A stretch of 59,317 bases of DNA, filler included. It is 5 parts of 5 records of this genome, joined end to end, with 100 filler letters (N's around TTAATTAATTAA, not from the genome) between each part and the next. Parts side by side here need not be neighbours in the genome. Positions count along the whole stretch, not along the records: positions 42,257 to 51,779 come from SRR20825006_1914; positions 51,880 to 59,317 come from SRR20825006_1916; 3 more parts are not named here. The stretch is one strand, 5' to 3'. The notes under the pieces are model-generated. The model worked only from the letters and a program-made list of their open reading frames with translations, was not told the origin of the DNA and did no database searches. Positions 48,477-58,520 of the stretch are shown here, in pieces; the stretch's first letter is position 1; every line of letters begins with the position of its first letter. The translations under genes and the position numbers were made by a program.

Positions 48477-49007
48477 TCAGCCAATCGCGACCAATCCGTC
48501 CCGAAACCGGCGGGCATTTTGTTGATAATGCAGCGCAGAGGCGCGCAGACCGGCGATCTGTGCCTCTGTCAGCATCCGCACAACCTTGCCCGGCGCGCCC
48601 ATGACCAGCGATCCATCCGGGATCTCTTTGCCCTCGGTGATCAAGGCCCCTGCCCCGATCAAACAGTTTTTGCCAATCCGAGCCCCGTTCAACACGGTGG
48701 CCCCCATCCCGATCAGGGAATTTTCGCCGATCACACAGCCATGCAACATCGCCTTATGGCCAATGGTACAGCCCGCGCCGATCACAAGCGGATAGCCCAT
48801 GTCGGTGTGCAACACGCAGTTCTCCTGGATGTTGCTGCCCGCGCCGACCTCAATCGCCTCATTGTCGCCGCGCAAAGTGGCGCCGAACCAAATATTGGCA
48901 CCCTCTGCCAAAATCACCTTACCGATGACATTGGCGTCGGGCGCGACCCAGTAGTCGCCATTTTCCGGCAACACCGGCGCGTGATCCTCAAGTGTATAGA
49001 GTGTCAT
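48477..49007 (-). CDS. Gamma carbonic anhydrase family protein
   Basis: [18 protein letters not shown] and GHKAMLHGC motifs. Confidence 0.92.
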   Translation of the reverse strand: MTLYTLEDHAPVLPENGDYWVAPDANVIGKVILAEGANIWFGATLRGDNEAIEVGAGSNIQENCVLHTDMGYPLVIGAGCTIGHKAMLHGCVIGENSLIGMGATVLNGARIGKNCLIGAGALITEGKEIPDGSLVMGAPGKVVRMLTEAQIAGLRASALHYQQNARRFRDGLVAIG

Positions 49008-49651
49008 CCTTCGACCTCCTGAAATTCGGACTGAAGATGGCGAACGAAATTCATCAGCCCCGGTTGTTGTGCTCGACGCAGCCGTTCGGCGGTGATGATG
49101 GTTTTCAGACGCTCAAACGTGGTCGTCAGATCGTCATTGACCAACACATAATCATAGCCATCCCAATGGCTGATCTCATCCCAGCTTTTTTCCATCCGTT
49201 TGGCAATCACCTCGTCGCTGTCCTGGCCACGGGTTTCGAGGCGGCGACGCAATTCGCGGATGGAGGGCGGCAGCACGAAGATCGACAGCACATGATCGCG
49301 TAAAACGGAATTGGCGATCTGTTGCGCGCCTTGCCAATCGACATCGAACAACACATCGCGGCCGGTCTCGATCGCGGCGCGGACGGGGGCCGACGGGGAA
49401 CCGTAGAAATTGCCGAACACATGGGCGTGTTCCAACATCTCGCCGTCGTTGACCATGTCTTTGAACGTGGCCTCATCGACGAAATGGTAATCGACCCCGT
49501 CCACCTCTCCTGGTCGCGGCGCGCGCGTTGTGGCGGAGATGGAAAATCGCAACGAGTTGTCCCACTCCATCAAGGCCCGCGCGAGCGTGGATTTTCCCGC
49601 CCCTGAGGGAGAGGATAAGATGATGAGAAGACCGCGCCGCTCCGCTTCCAT
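49004..49651 (-). CDS. gmk: Guanylate kinase
   Basis: [29 protein letters not shown] and DVDWQGAQQ motifs. Confidence 0.97.
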   Translation of the reverse strand: MEAERRGLLIILSSPSGAGKSTLARALMEWDNSLRFSISATTRAPRPGEVDGVDYHFVDEATFKDMVNDGEMLEHAHVFGNFYGSPSAPVRAAIETGRDVLFDVDWQGAQQIANSVLRDHVLSIFVLPPSIRELRRRLETRGQDSDEVIAKRMEKSWDEISHWDGYDYVLVNDDLTTTFERLKTIITAERLRRAQQPGLMNFVRHLQSEFQEVEG

Positions 49652-50034
49652 GAAATGCTCCTTTTGTCGTCGCTCTTCCTATATCGGGCGGAGCGCGGCT
49701 TGGCTACTGCTTGGCGATTGTGACGCAATCATGTCGGAATGCGCCAAACTGAGTCTCAAATGCTGCAACTGCACGCCATAATCTTGCCCATATTCCCGAT
49801 CTTGCGCCCCGCGATCTGTCAGCTTTAGCAATAAATTGTGGCAGGGCCGTTGTGCTAAACTGGCGATACATACAATTTTACAGAAGTGATTGGCGCGCGG
49901 ATCGAACTCTGGACGCCCCAAAGTTATACTTTTCAACAGTATGTTTTTGAACGATTTTTCATAATTTTATCCATAGAATCCACATGCAGACGTTAAACTT
50001 TTGGTCACCATGCCCGCGTTCTCTTCTGCGGATG

Positions 50035-50049
50035 TTAACCATTGGTTAG
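50035..50049 (+). promoter_or_regulatory. CtrA-box-like site
   Basis: TTAA-CCATTGG-TTAG (TTAA-N7-TTAA with one mismatch; includes the TTAACCAT half site). Confidence 0.5.
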
Positions 50050-50226
50050 CTTTTTACACCAAATCGGGCAAACTCGTGGCATATTCAGGTCAAGCCAGCG
50101 GTGAAACACTGCAGGCAATGAAATCAGGCGGGACGGTGCCAGAAGAGACCGAACGGCAAGGCACGGCCCGCAGTGGAACGTACAATCGGTGGCGCGATCT
50201 GAGCGCTCGCGAGAATAGGTGATGAG

Positions 50227-50967
50227 ATGAAAATCGAATATGTCAGCGGCTCCAATGTTGTATCTCTTATGCCGCGTCGTAACGACATGCATTTCCCGGC
50301 CCTCAAAACGGTCGAAGCCTATTGGGACGGCCTGCGCAATGGCCGCCCCGTCCCCGCCCGTTCCGAAATTGATCCGCGCGGCATGCAATCGGCGCTCGAA
50401 TACGCCTTTATCCTGGAACGGATCGCTCTGGGCGTGGCGCGGTTCCGCTTGGCCGGGATGCATCTGACCGATCTGATGGGCATGGAAGTGCGCGGGATGC
50501 CGTTGACGGCAATGTTTGTCCCCGAAAGCCGGGCCAAGATTTCCGAAGCTTTGGAAGCGGTGTTTGAAACCCCGCAAATCACCGTTATCACGCTGAAAGC
50601 CGAACGTGGCATTGGTCGCGGCGCGATGGATGCACAGCTTTTGCTCTGCCCGCTCAAATCCGATCTTGGCGACGTGAACCGCGTCTTGGGCTGTATCCAG
50701 TCCAAAGGCGACATTGGCCGTCAACCGCGCCGTTTTGAAGTGGTCGATGTGCAAAGCCGCCCCCTGCTCTCGGACAACCCGACCGAGCAAAGCTTTGCCA
50801 CCACCCCGGCAGGCACCCCGGTGCCCGCAGGTTTTGCCGAGGCGAAAAAGGCCTATGACGATCATACCGCGAAAGGCACAGATAAAAAAACCGACCATCC
50901 CCAAGCCTCGATCCCGCAGCGTCCGAAAGGCAAACCGGTTTTGCGCCTGATCAAGGCCGAAGAGTAA
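50227..50967 (+). CDS. PAS-domain protein (PAS_5/DUF1457-like)
   Basis: AYW..LR.GR.VP.RSEIDPRG..L..AFILE..RFRLAG motif. Confidence 0.85.
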   Translation: MKIEYVSGSNVVSLMPRRNDMHFPALKTVEAYWDGLRNGRPVPARSEIDPRGMQSALEYAFILERIALGVARFRLAGMHLTDLMGMEVRGMPLTAMFVPESRAKISEALEAVFETPQITVITLKAERGIGRGAMDAQLLLCPLKSDLGDVNRVLGCIQSKGDIGRQPRRFEVVDVQSRPLLSDNPTEQSFATTPAGTPVPAGFAEAKKAYDDHTAKGTDKKTDHPQASIPQRPKGKPVLRLIKAEE

Positions 50968-51087
50968 AGAAATCCAGTCATCGTGGGGGTGATCGGCGCG
51001 GCACATCGGTGTCGCGCCTTTTTATTTGCGTGGTGCTGTGCTTGCGTGGTGCTGTGCTTGGGTGGGGCATCTGCCTTGGAGTGCCGC

Positions 51088-51495
51088 ATGACCCACATCA
51101 CCTATGCCATCGAGCCCGACCTGTCCTCAGAGGATTTTCTCGCCGTGCTGTACGGCTCAACCTTGGCCGAGCGGCGTCCGGTCGATGACCCGGCGCGGAT
51201 TGCCGGGATGTTGGCCGGGGCGGATCTGATTGTCACCGCGCGCGACGAGTCTGGGCGCTTGGTCGGTGTGGCGCGTTCGATCACCGATTGGCAGTTTTGC
51301 CTCTATTGTTCCGATCTGGCCGTGCTCACCGACATGCAGGGCCATGGCATCGGCAAGGCGCTTTTGGCGGAAACGGTCAAAGCCGCGCCCAAGGTCAAAA
51401 CCCACCTGTTGCTCTCGGCACCGAAAGCGATGAGCTTTTATCACGCGGCGGGCTATGAGGCGATTGAAAACGGCTTTGTGTTTCATCGCGGCTGA
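51088..51495 (+). CDS. GNAT family N-acetyltransferase
   Basis: LVGVARSITD..YCSDLAV..QGHGIGKAL..FY..GY motif. Confidence 0.88.
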   Translation: MTHITYAIEPDLSSEDFLAVLYGSTLAERRPVDDPARIAGMLAGADLIVTARDESGRLVGVARSITDWQFCLYCSDLAVLTDMQGHGIGKALLAETVKAAPKVKTHLLLSAPKAMSFYHAAGYEAIENGFVFHRG

Positions 51496-51531
51496 GGCAT
51501 TTTAGGCGGTTCAAAAAGCAAACAAAAGCAA

Positions 51532-51556
51532 AAAGCCGGACATGAAGCCCGGCTTT
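51532..51556. terminator. Putative terminator between convergent genes
   Basis: AAAGCCGG..CCGGCTTT stem with an upstream A tract (T tract on the minus strand). Confidence 0.55.
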
Positions 51557-51578
51557 CAACATCTTGATCTTAAAAGAG

Positions 51579-51779
<201 letters not shown>

Positions 51780-51879
51780 NNNNNNNNNNNNNNNNNNNNN
51801 NNNNNNNNNNNNNNNNNNNNNNNTTAATTAATTAANNNNNNNNNNNNNNNNNNNNNNNNNNNNNNNNNNNNNNNNNNNN
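51780..51879. other. Artificial contig spacer
   Basis: 100-nt N run with TTAATTAATTAA. Confidence 0.99.
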
Positions 51880-52695
51880 CGTCTTGATCGGGATCAGCGC
51901 CTGATCGTGGTACATGCACACGGCGGCGTCATAGCTGGCGCGGGCGGTGGCGTGGAACATGGTGTCGGCAGGCAGCGGGCCGCGCAGGTCATAGCCTTCG
52001 GCGGTCATGTCGGCGACGAGTTTGGCGATCCAGTCGATCTCTTCCCGTCCCATGGCACCACCTTCGCCGGCATGGGGGTTCAGACCGGCCACGGCGATGC
52101 GCGGCTGTGGGATGGCGAACTGGCTGCGCAACCCGTCGGCGGTGATGCGGATGGTGTCGCGCAGCAACGTGGGCGTCAACATCTTTGGCACGTCCCGCAG
52201 GGCGATATGGATGGTGGCGGGCACCACCCGCAGCTGTTCCGAGGCCAGCATCATCACAGCACGGTCCGCGCCGGCCAGAGCCTGCAGGTATTCGGTGTGA
52301 CCGGGATAGGCAAAGCCTGCGCCGTCCTGCAGGGCTTTTTTGTGGATGGGCGCCGTGCACAGGGCAGCGGCCCGACCGGATTGCACCAGATCGACGCCGC
52401 GTGCGATCACGTCGATCACCCCCTGCGCATTGGCAGGGTTGGCGGCGCCCGGTGTGTTCGGCGCGGCAAAGTCGTGGGACAGAACCGGCAGCCCACGGTC
52501 CATGACGCCAGCCGCCTGTGACGGATCGTCAATCACGACCACAGGCACGTCGGCGGGCAGATGCGCAGGATTACCGATCCAGAACAGCGGAACCTCGCCG
52601 CGCAGGGCCGCCCAGGCCTTGGCCGCGATCTCGGGTCCGATCCCCGCAGGCTCGCCGCAGCTGATCGCAACCGGCAAAGCGGTTGCGGGCGTCAT
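51880..52695 (-). CDS. pdxA: 4-hydroxythreonine-4-phosphate dehydrogenase (3' truncated)
   Basis: GEPAGIGPE, GHTEYL, GLNPHAGE.G and MYHDQALIPIKT motifs. Confidence 0.95.
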
Positions 52696-53912
52696 TCGCG
52701 TGTGATGCGGGCGTCGGCGCGCAATTCTTCCAACAGGCTGTCAGAATAGCCGGTCAGACGTTGCTGGCGCAGTTGCAGGGCAACCTCTTCACGGCTGGCG
52801 GCCTCATTCAGGCTGGCCGTACGGCCGCACATCATGAGGAACACCAGCGTGTTGCCGTCCGAGCGGGTCAGGGCTGTTGAAACCTCGCCCGGGTCCAGCT
52901 TGGCCAGCTCATAGGCGATGTCCTGAGGGATCTCGCCGGGGGCCTTGCTGCCACGTTCCAGTGCTTCGGGGGGCTGACCTTTGGCAACGCCGTAAAGGTC
53001 GTCACAGACATCGACCTGGGATTGCAGCTTGGCGGCGCGCGCCAGCGTTTCGGGGCTGCGTCCGCCAGCCATGTAATAGGCGGCATATTCGATGGCCGCA
53101 TATTCGGGGCTGGGGGCGCCGGTTTCCTGGATGTCGCGCAGCTGGAACAGTGCCACGGCATTGGGGATCGGCAGCGGGTCGGTCACTTCGCCCGGCGTCA
53201 GGCCCAGCAACACGCCGCGCAGGCTGGGCGGCAGGGTGTTCAGGTCAACCCAGTTCAGCCGTCCGCCATTCCCGCGCGACGCCGTTGCGGAATACTGGCG
53301 GGCATAGTTGGAGAATTCGGCCTCGGACGTGCTGGCAGCGGCCTGTTCGGCGCGCGCCATGGCGCTGGCCTGCTCGTTGGGCGGCGCGGGAATGATGATT
53401 TCCGAGATGAGCACGCGGATACCGCTGTCGCCACTGGTCGCGGACAGGGCGCGGTCGATCTCTGCTTCGGAGACCTGCACGCGGCTGCCGTAGCGGGCGC
53501 GGATCAGTTCGCGCCAAGACAGGTTCACGCGCACAAAGTCGCGGAAGGTCTCGCCTGCGACGCCGGCACTTTCCAGCGCCTTGACGAATTCGTCGGTGCT
53601 CAGGTTGGCGCGGCCTGCGAATTCGGCCAACCCCTCGGCCAACCCTTCGGGGGTCAGCTCAAGCCCGACGGCCTGCGTTGCATTCAGCCGCAGCCGGTCG
53701 TCGATCAGCGCGTCGATCGCGCTGCTGCGGGTGGCTCCCGAGGCATTCAGCACCTGCAAGAACCGCACACGCTGCTGCACTTCGAATTCGGTGATTACGC
53801 TGTCGTCAACTTTGGCCACCGGCGCGAAAAGGTTTTGTGCCGCGACGGGCAGGGCCGTTGTGACGGCCAGGGCCACGGCCAATCCAAATTGTTTCATCGT
53901 TTTCCCGCTCAT
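52692..53912 (-). CDS. surA: Periplasmic chaperone / peptidyl-prolyl isomerase SurA
   Basis: Signal peptide, SurA N domain and parvulin domains (ARQYSA..GGRLNW); between lptD and pdxA; start taken at the ATGA overlap. Confidence 0.88.
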   Translation of the reverse strand: MSGKTMKQFGLAVALAVTTALPVAAQNLFAPVAKVDDSVITEFEVQQRVRFLQVLNASGATRSSAIDALIDDRLRLNATQAVGLELTPEGLAEGLAEFAGRANLSTDEFVKALESAGVAGETFRDFVRVNLSWRELIRARYGSRVQVSEAEIDRALSATSGDSGIRVLISEIIIPAPPNEQASAMARAEQAAASTSEAEFSNYARQYSATASRGNGGRLNWVDLNTLPPSLRGVLLGLTPGEVTDPLPIPNAVALFQLRDIQETGAPSPEYAAIEYAAYYMAGGRSPETLARAAKLQSQVDVCDDLYGVAKGQPPEALERGSKAPGEIPQDIAYELAKLDPGEVSTALTRSDGNTLVFLMMCGRTASLNEAASREEVALQLRQQRLTGYSDSLLEELRADARITRE

Positions 53913-56095
53913 TTCGCCTGCTTCCCGCATGATCTAACGTATTTTTCCGTTCCCTGCGAGACCGAGAAGCCCCGCAAGGTCACTGTAAAGCCCAGATTCG
54001 TCGAGGGCTCAACACTTGTCGAGGAACTATACCGTCGGCTCACGGAGAATTTGGCCGATACGCATTCGTTGTTATAGACCAGCCCGGCCCCCGCATAGGC
54101 TGCCCGGTCGTCCACCAGATCGTAACGCCAATTGGCGCTGGCGGTCCAGCTTTGGTTCAGGTCATAGGCTCCGTCCACCGTCAGTTCCGACACTGCCAGC
54201 GCGCGGTCCTCGGCGGCATCCTCGCCCAGCCAGACATAGCTGCCGCCCACGGTCAGGCGCTGGCCGATCCAGTCGCCGCGCAACTCGGCCTTGGCCACGT
54301 CGAATTTCTCGTTGAACACGGTGCGCCCTGTCAGGGCCAGCCCGTTGGGTGTCTTCCACTGGGCCGCCAGCAGGAAATCGGATGTAGTGCCCGACAAGCC
54401 CGAGGTTTCGGAATAGTCCGGCTCCCCGTCGCGCCGCAGAACCTGTCCCAATGTGAGGCGCGCCTCCCATCCTGCGGGATCAAAGCGCGACCAGTTGACG
54501 CCATAGGCGCCCGCAAGCCCGCGTTCGCGCCGGTCGGGCCGTGGAAACCGGGACAGCGACAACAGGTTGCCTTCGTCGAATTCGACCCGGGTGCTTTCGT
54601 CGTTGGGGACATTCAGGTCATGCCCACCGACATAGCCGACCTGAAAGATCGGCTCGAGCAATACGGAAGAGCCGTCGCCGTTGTGGCGTACGAGCGGATA
54701 GCGCAGGGTCAGCTGCCCCTGTGGCGTCAGCCCCGCATCGCTGCCGGTAAAGACATTGTCTTGGCTCACGTTGATCGCGTCGGCTTCGATACCCAAAGAG
54801 GCCTCGGCGCGCAGACCGCCCGTCAGGGTCCAGCTGCGCAGCCATTCCGCATCCAGGTTGATCCGCTGCACGTCACGCCCGTCGGCAATGCCGTCCAGGT
54901 TCACATCATTGGCCTCGTCCGAGCTGCGGTAATGGGCGTGGGCATTGCCGCTGAACCGCAATTCGCCCCCGAATGCGCGCGGAAAGAACCGTTTTTCAAA
55001 GGTCGCATCCAGCACGTTGGTCGGGATCGTGTCGTTGTCCTCGCTGTCGCGCAGGCTGCGGAAGTTGGTGTAGCTGAAGCTGAGGTAGTCATCACGCTTG
55101 ACGCGGGCCAGTTCAATCTCGCTGGTCAGGCGGTCCTTGCCGGAATAGTCGTAGTCGGTCAGATAGGCATTGTCGGTCGTGGCCTCGATGCTGAAGGTCA
55201 GCACAAAGTCGCGGCGCATGTCGAACCGTCCAGTCCCGAACAGATAGCCACGGGTGTCGCCCGGCTGCAGATCGTCGTCGGACAGCGCGCCGTTGAACTC
55301 GATCCGCCCGGTGCGAAAGGCCTGGCGATAGCGGAATTCCATCGTCTTGGTGTGGCTGGTCAGGTAGGGGGCCAGCGTCAGATCGCGGTGATCGCCGATC
55401 TTGATGAAATAGGGCACCTTGATGCCGGTGCCCAGCTGCGTGTCGCTGTTCAGTGACGGGATCAGAAAGCCCGAGGCGCGTTTCAGCGTCGGGTCGGGCA
55501 GACGCAGGCGCGGTATATAGAACACCGGCACGTTGCCGATGCGAAACTGCGCATTGTCGAAATACAGTTGCCGTTCCTGTTTGTCATGTATCACACGGCG
55601 GGCGCGGATCTGCCACAGGGGCGGGCGGCCATCGTCGCAGACGTGGCACGAGGTCACGGCGGTTTTATAGAGCTGCGTATAGCGGCCGCCGACGCGGTTC
55701 ATCTCGACAGCGGCCAGTTGCAGTTGCTGGTTCAGCACCATGCGGGCGCCGGTCAGCAGGCCGTTTTGCAGATCGCGGCTCAGCTCGGCCTGATCGGCGA
55801 CAATGACAACGTCTTCGCCATCCTCGATGGTGATCGGCCCGGTGATGACCAGCGCGCCGGTTTTTTCGTCATAGCTGATCGCAGAGGCGCGCAGGCGGGT
55901 GGTGCCCTGGTAGGCTTCGACGTTGCCCCGCGCGGTCAGCACGCGATCGCGCGTGACGGTCACGTCATCAGCCACCAGCATCGCAGGTGTGGCGGTTTGC
56001 TGCGCACCGACGGTCTGTGCCACGACCGGCGCATCCATCAGCGGTGTGGCAAGCAAGCTTGCCGCGAGCAGGATATGAGGGAAAGAGCGCGCCAT
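53909..56095 (-). CDS. lptD: LPS assembly protein LptD
   Basis: TSCHVC..PLWQIRA, PDPTLKRASGFL.P, PNDES.RVEFDE.NL and Y.NEC motifs. Confidence 0.93.
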   Translation of the reverse strand: MARSFPHILLAASLLATPLMDAPVVAQTVGAQQTATPAMLVADDVTVTRDRVLTARGNVEAYQGTTRLRASAISYDEKTGALVITGPITIEDGEDVVIVADQAELSRDLQNGLLTGARMVLNQQLQLAAVEMNRVGGRYTQLYKTAVTSCHVCDDGRPPLWQIRARRVIHDKQERQLYFDNAQFRIGNVPVFYIPRLRLPDPTLKRASGFLIPSLNSDTQLGTGIKVPYFIKIGDHRDLTLAPYLTSHTKTMEFRYRQAFRTGRIEFNGALSDDDLQPGDTRGYLFGTGRFDMRRDFVLTFSIEATTDNAYLTDYDYSGKDRLTSEIELARVKRDDYLSFSYTNFRSLRDSEDNDTIPTNVLDATFEKRFFPRAFGGELRFSGNAHAHYRSSDEANDVNLDGIADGRDVQRINLDAEWLRSWTLTGGLRAEASLGIEADAINVSQDNVFTGSDAGLTPQGQLTLRYPLVRHNGDGSSVLLEPIFQVGYVGGHDLNVPNDESTRVEFDEGNLLSLSRFPRPDRRERGLAGAYGVNWSRFDPAGWEARLTLGQVLRRDGEPDYSETSGLSGTTSDFLLAAQWKTPNGLALTGRTVFNEKFDVAKAELRGDWIGQRLTVGGSYVWLGEDAAEDRALAVSELTVDGAYDLNQSWTASANWRYDLVDDRAAYAGAGLVYNNECVSAKFSVSRRYSSSTSVEPSTNLGFTVTLRGFSVSQGTEKYVRSCGKQAK

Positions 56096-56096
56096 C

Positions 56097-57194
56097 CTAG
56101 CCGTCCTCGGCATGCAGCAACAGCCCGAGGGCCAGGAAAATTGCGGCAGCGGGCGGCGCCCAGGCAGCAAAAGCCACCGGGATTTGCCCGTTCTCGCCAA
56201 GAATCTGTGCAAAACTGCGGATGAAATACAAACCGAACCCCAAAAGCACTGCTGCCAGCACCGCCGTTCCGGTGCCCCCGAAACGGGTATGCCGCATGGT
56301 GAAGGCTGCGGCAACAAGAACCATCGCCATCAGGAACAGGGGGCGGGCCAATTCCGCCTGAAACCACACGATCTGGTGGCGCGCGGAAAAGCCGGCCTGC
56401 TCAAGCTGGCGGATATAGGCGGGCATGTCCCAGATCGACACGCCACCCAATGTTCCGAGGGTCTCGCGGATGCGTTCCAGCGTCAGTGTGGACGGCACGC
56501 GCAGAACGGCATGGGTTTCGGAACTGGCTTCGGGATTGACGTCCCCGGTCAGCGGCCAGACCTTGGCATCGCGCAATGCCCATGCGCCGTCGCCCAAGGC
56601 AGCGCTTGCCGCTTCGATGCGGCGTAGCGGGCCGCCCTCGGGCGCATATTCCAGAAATGTCACACCATAAAGAACGGAAGCATCCGAGTTCGACCGCGCG
56701 GCACGGATCACCGTCTGGCCATCCGCGCCACCCTGGCGCAGCCAGACGCCGTCACCCGACACCAGCACCGCAGACCGCCCGCCGGTGCGATAGTTTTCGG
56801 ACAACAGCGCATAGCGTTTTGTGGTGGCGGCCACGATCGGGCCCAACATGGTCACCGCCAGCCCGCCGATCACCAGCGCCACAACCACCGGCGCCACCAG
56901 TGCCCGCAGCGCGGACCGGCCTGCGGCGCGTGTCACCACCAGCTCGGAGCTGCGGGCCAGTCCGATGAACAACACCACCGTTGCCAGGATTATGATCAGC
57001 GGCAGGATCTGGTTGATCGTTTCGGGCGTGTGCAGCAACGTCAGGCCGATGCGGTCGGTCAGGCTGACATCATAGTCGGCAAAGCGGCGGGTCTGCTCGA
57101 TCAGGTCGACCAGCGCCACCAGCGCAAAGAACACTGCCGTCAGCATCAAAAAAGCATAGGCAAAGCGGCGGGCGAAATAGAAATGCAGGATCAT
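56097..57194 (-). CDS. lptG: LPS export ABC permease LptG
   Basis: MILHFYFARRF, RSSELVVTRAAG.S, WLRQG and LLHAEDG motifs. Confidence 0.92.
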   Translation of the reverse strand: MILHFYFARRFAYAFLMLTAVFFALVALVDLIEQTRRFADYDVSLTDRIGLTLLHTPETINQILPLIIILATVVLFIGLARSSELVVTRAAGRSALRALVAPVVVALVIGGLAVTMLGPIVAATTKRYALLSENYRTGGRSAVLVSGDGVWLRQGGADGQTVIRAARSNSDASVLYGVTFLEYAPEGGPLRRIEAASAALGDGAWALRDAKVWPLTGDVNPEASSETHAVLRVPSTLTLERIRETLGTLGGVSIWDMPAYIRQLEQAGFSARHQIVWFQAELARPLFLMAMVLVAAAFTMRHTRFGGTGTAVLAAVLLGFGLYFIRSFAQILGENGQIPVAFAAWAPPAAAIFLALGLLLHAEDG

Positions 57195-58324
57195 GTCGTG
57201 GTCACCGCTTGCCGTCTGCGACGGCGCAAAAGGGACGGGTGGGCGGCCCATGTCAGCATTCCGGCCACCAGCAAGGCCCCCAACAGGGACGGCAAGTACA
57301 TCGTGGGCCACAGGCTGGCATCAGCCAGAACCATCTGCGCAAAGGTGCCGCGCAGCCCGTCAATGCCGATCAGCAGGCCAAAGGCGATCACCGCCTCGCG
57401 CCAGACGCCAAAGCGGGAATAGCCGCCAACCATCAGAGTGGAAAAACCGATCAGCGCCGCGACGATGCAAAACAGCGGTTGGGCAAAGCGGCTGTGCACC
57501 TCTTCGGCAATGTCGCCGTTGCGCGCGCCGGTCTCATCAGCGATGCGGTCCCAGTCGGTCAGCAGCGTCAGCGTGCCCATGTTGCGGATCGACCCGGTCA
57601 CCTCGGTGTCCGTGCTGACCAGCTTTGTGATATCAAAGGAAAAATCCTGAAACTTGGCGGTCGACAGGCGGTTGTCCTTGGTGTTCAGCCGTTGCGCCAT
57701 CCCGTCCACCATGATCAGCGTGGTGCCCGCGTCATTGCGCACCAGATAGGCCTGGGCCGCGGTGTAGATTACCCGTTGTTCGGGGTTGCGGCGGTCCGAC
57801 AGGAACACGCCGCGCAGGACGCCGTCTTCGCCGATGGTGCTGGTGTAAAAGGTAACGTGATCGGCGGGCGACAGGAACGTGCCCTCGGTCAGCAACCGCG
57901 AGGTGACGTTACGCGAGATCTCGGCCTCGCGGATGCTCAGCTGTCCCTGGGCGGCGGGCACCAGCACATGGGTCAACAGCGTCATCATGGCAGTAACGAT
58001 CAGCCCATAGGCCAGCACCGGGCGGGCCAGCCGCCAAGGTCCCGAGCCCGTGGCCTGCATCACCACCAGTTCGGATTCGCCCGACAGCCGGTTGGTCACA
58101 TAGACCGACGCGGCAAAGGTGGCGATGGGAAGCACCGTCACGATCAGCTTTGGCAGGCTCAGCGAGGTAAATTCGAGAAACACCAGCGCCGTCTGTCCGT
58201 CACCGATCAGACGGTCGAACAGAACCACCGCGCGGTTGATCCAGAACACAGCCACCAGCACCAGCGCGAAAAAGCCGAACAAGAGCAGAAACTGCGACAG
58301 CATGTATCTGTCGAATCTGGCCAC
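57191..58324 (-). CDS. lptF: LPS export ABC permease LptF
   Basis: GTG start, ARFDRYMLSQ and NRLSGESELVVMQATG; upstream of lptG. Confidence 0.92.
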   Translation of the reverse strand: MARFDRYMLSQFLLLFGFFALVLVAVFWINRAVVLFDRLIGDGQTALVFLEFTSLSLPKLIVTVLPIATFAASVYVTNRLSGESELVVMQATGSGPWRLARPVLAYGLIVTAMMTLLTHVLVPAAQGQLSIREAEISRNVTSRLLTEGTFLSPADHVTFYTSTIGEDGVLRGVFLSDRRNPEQRVIYTAAQAYLVRNDAGTTLIMVDGMAQRLNTKDNRLSTAKFQDFSFDITKLVSTDTEVTGSIRNMGTLTLLTDWDRIADETGARNGDIAEEVHSRFAQPLFCIVAALIGFSTLMVGGYSRFGVWREAVIAFGLLIGIDGLRGTFAQMVLADASLWPTMYLPSLLGALLVAGMLTWAAHPSLLRRRRRQAVTTT

Positions 58325-58520
58325 ATAACCCCCCGGATGCACATGGTTTGGCAAAGTTGCCAGCAACTTACCCCAAGGTTTCGCGGTGGGGAACCTGTAA
58401 TTCCACCATATTTGCGCCACAGGCAAGTTGGTGCCCGCAGGGCGCTGCGGCTGCTCTGGCCATGTGCGCACGCCCGCGCTAACAGTTGTGCAACCCGATA
58501 CCCCCGCGAAAGGATGCGCC

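Noticed and set aside
49679-49936. 85-aa ORF containing PEFDPRANHFC, reminiscent of the YicC motif QEFNREANTLC
   Set aside because: Short match, no similarity in the following residues and too far from gmk; probably chance.
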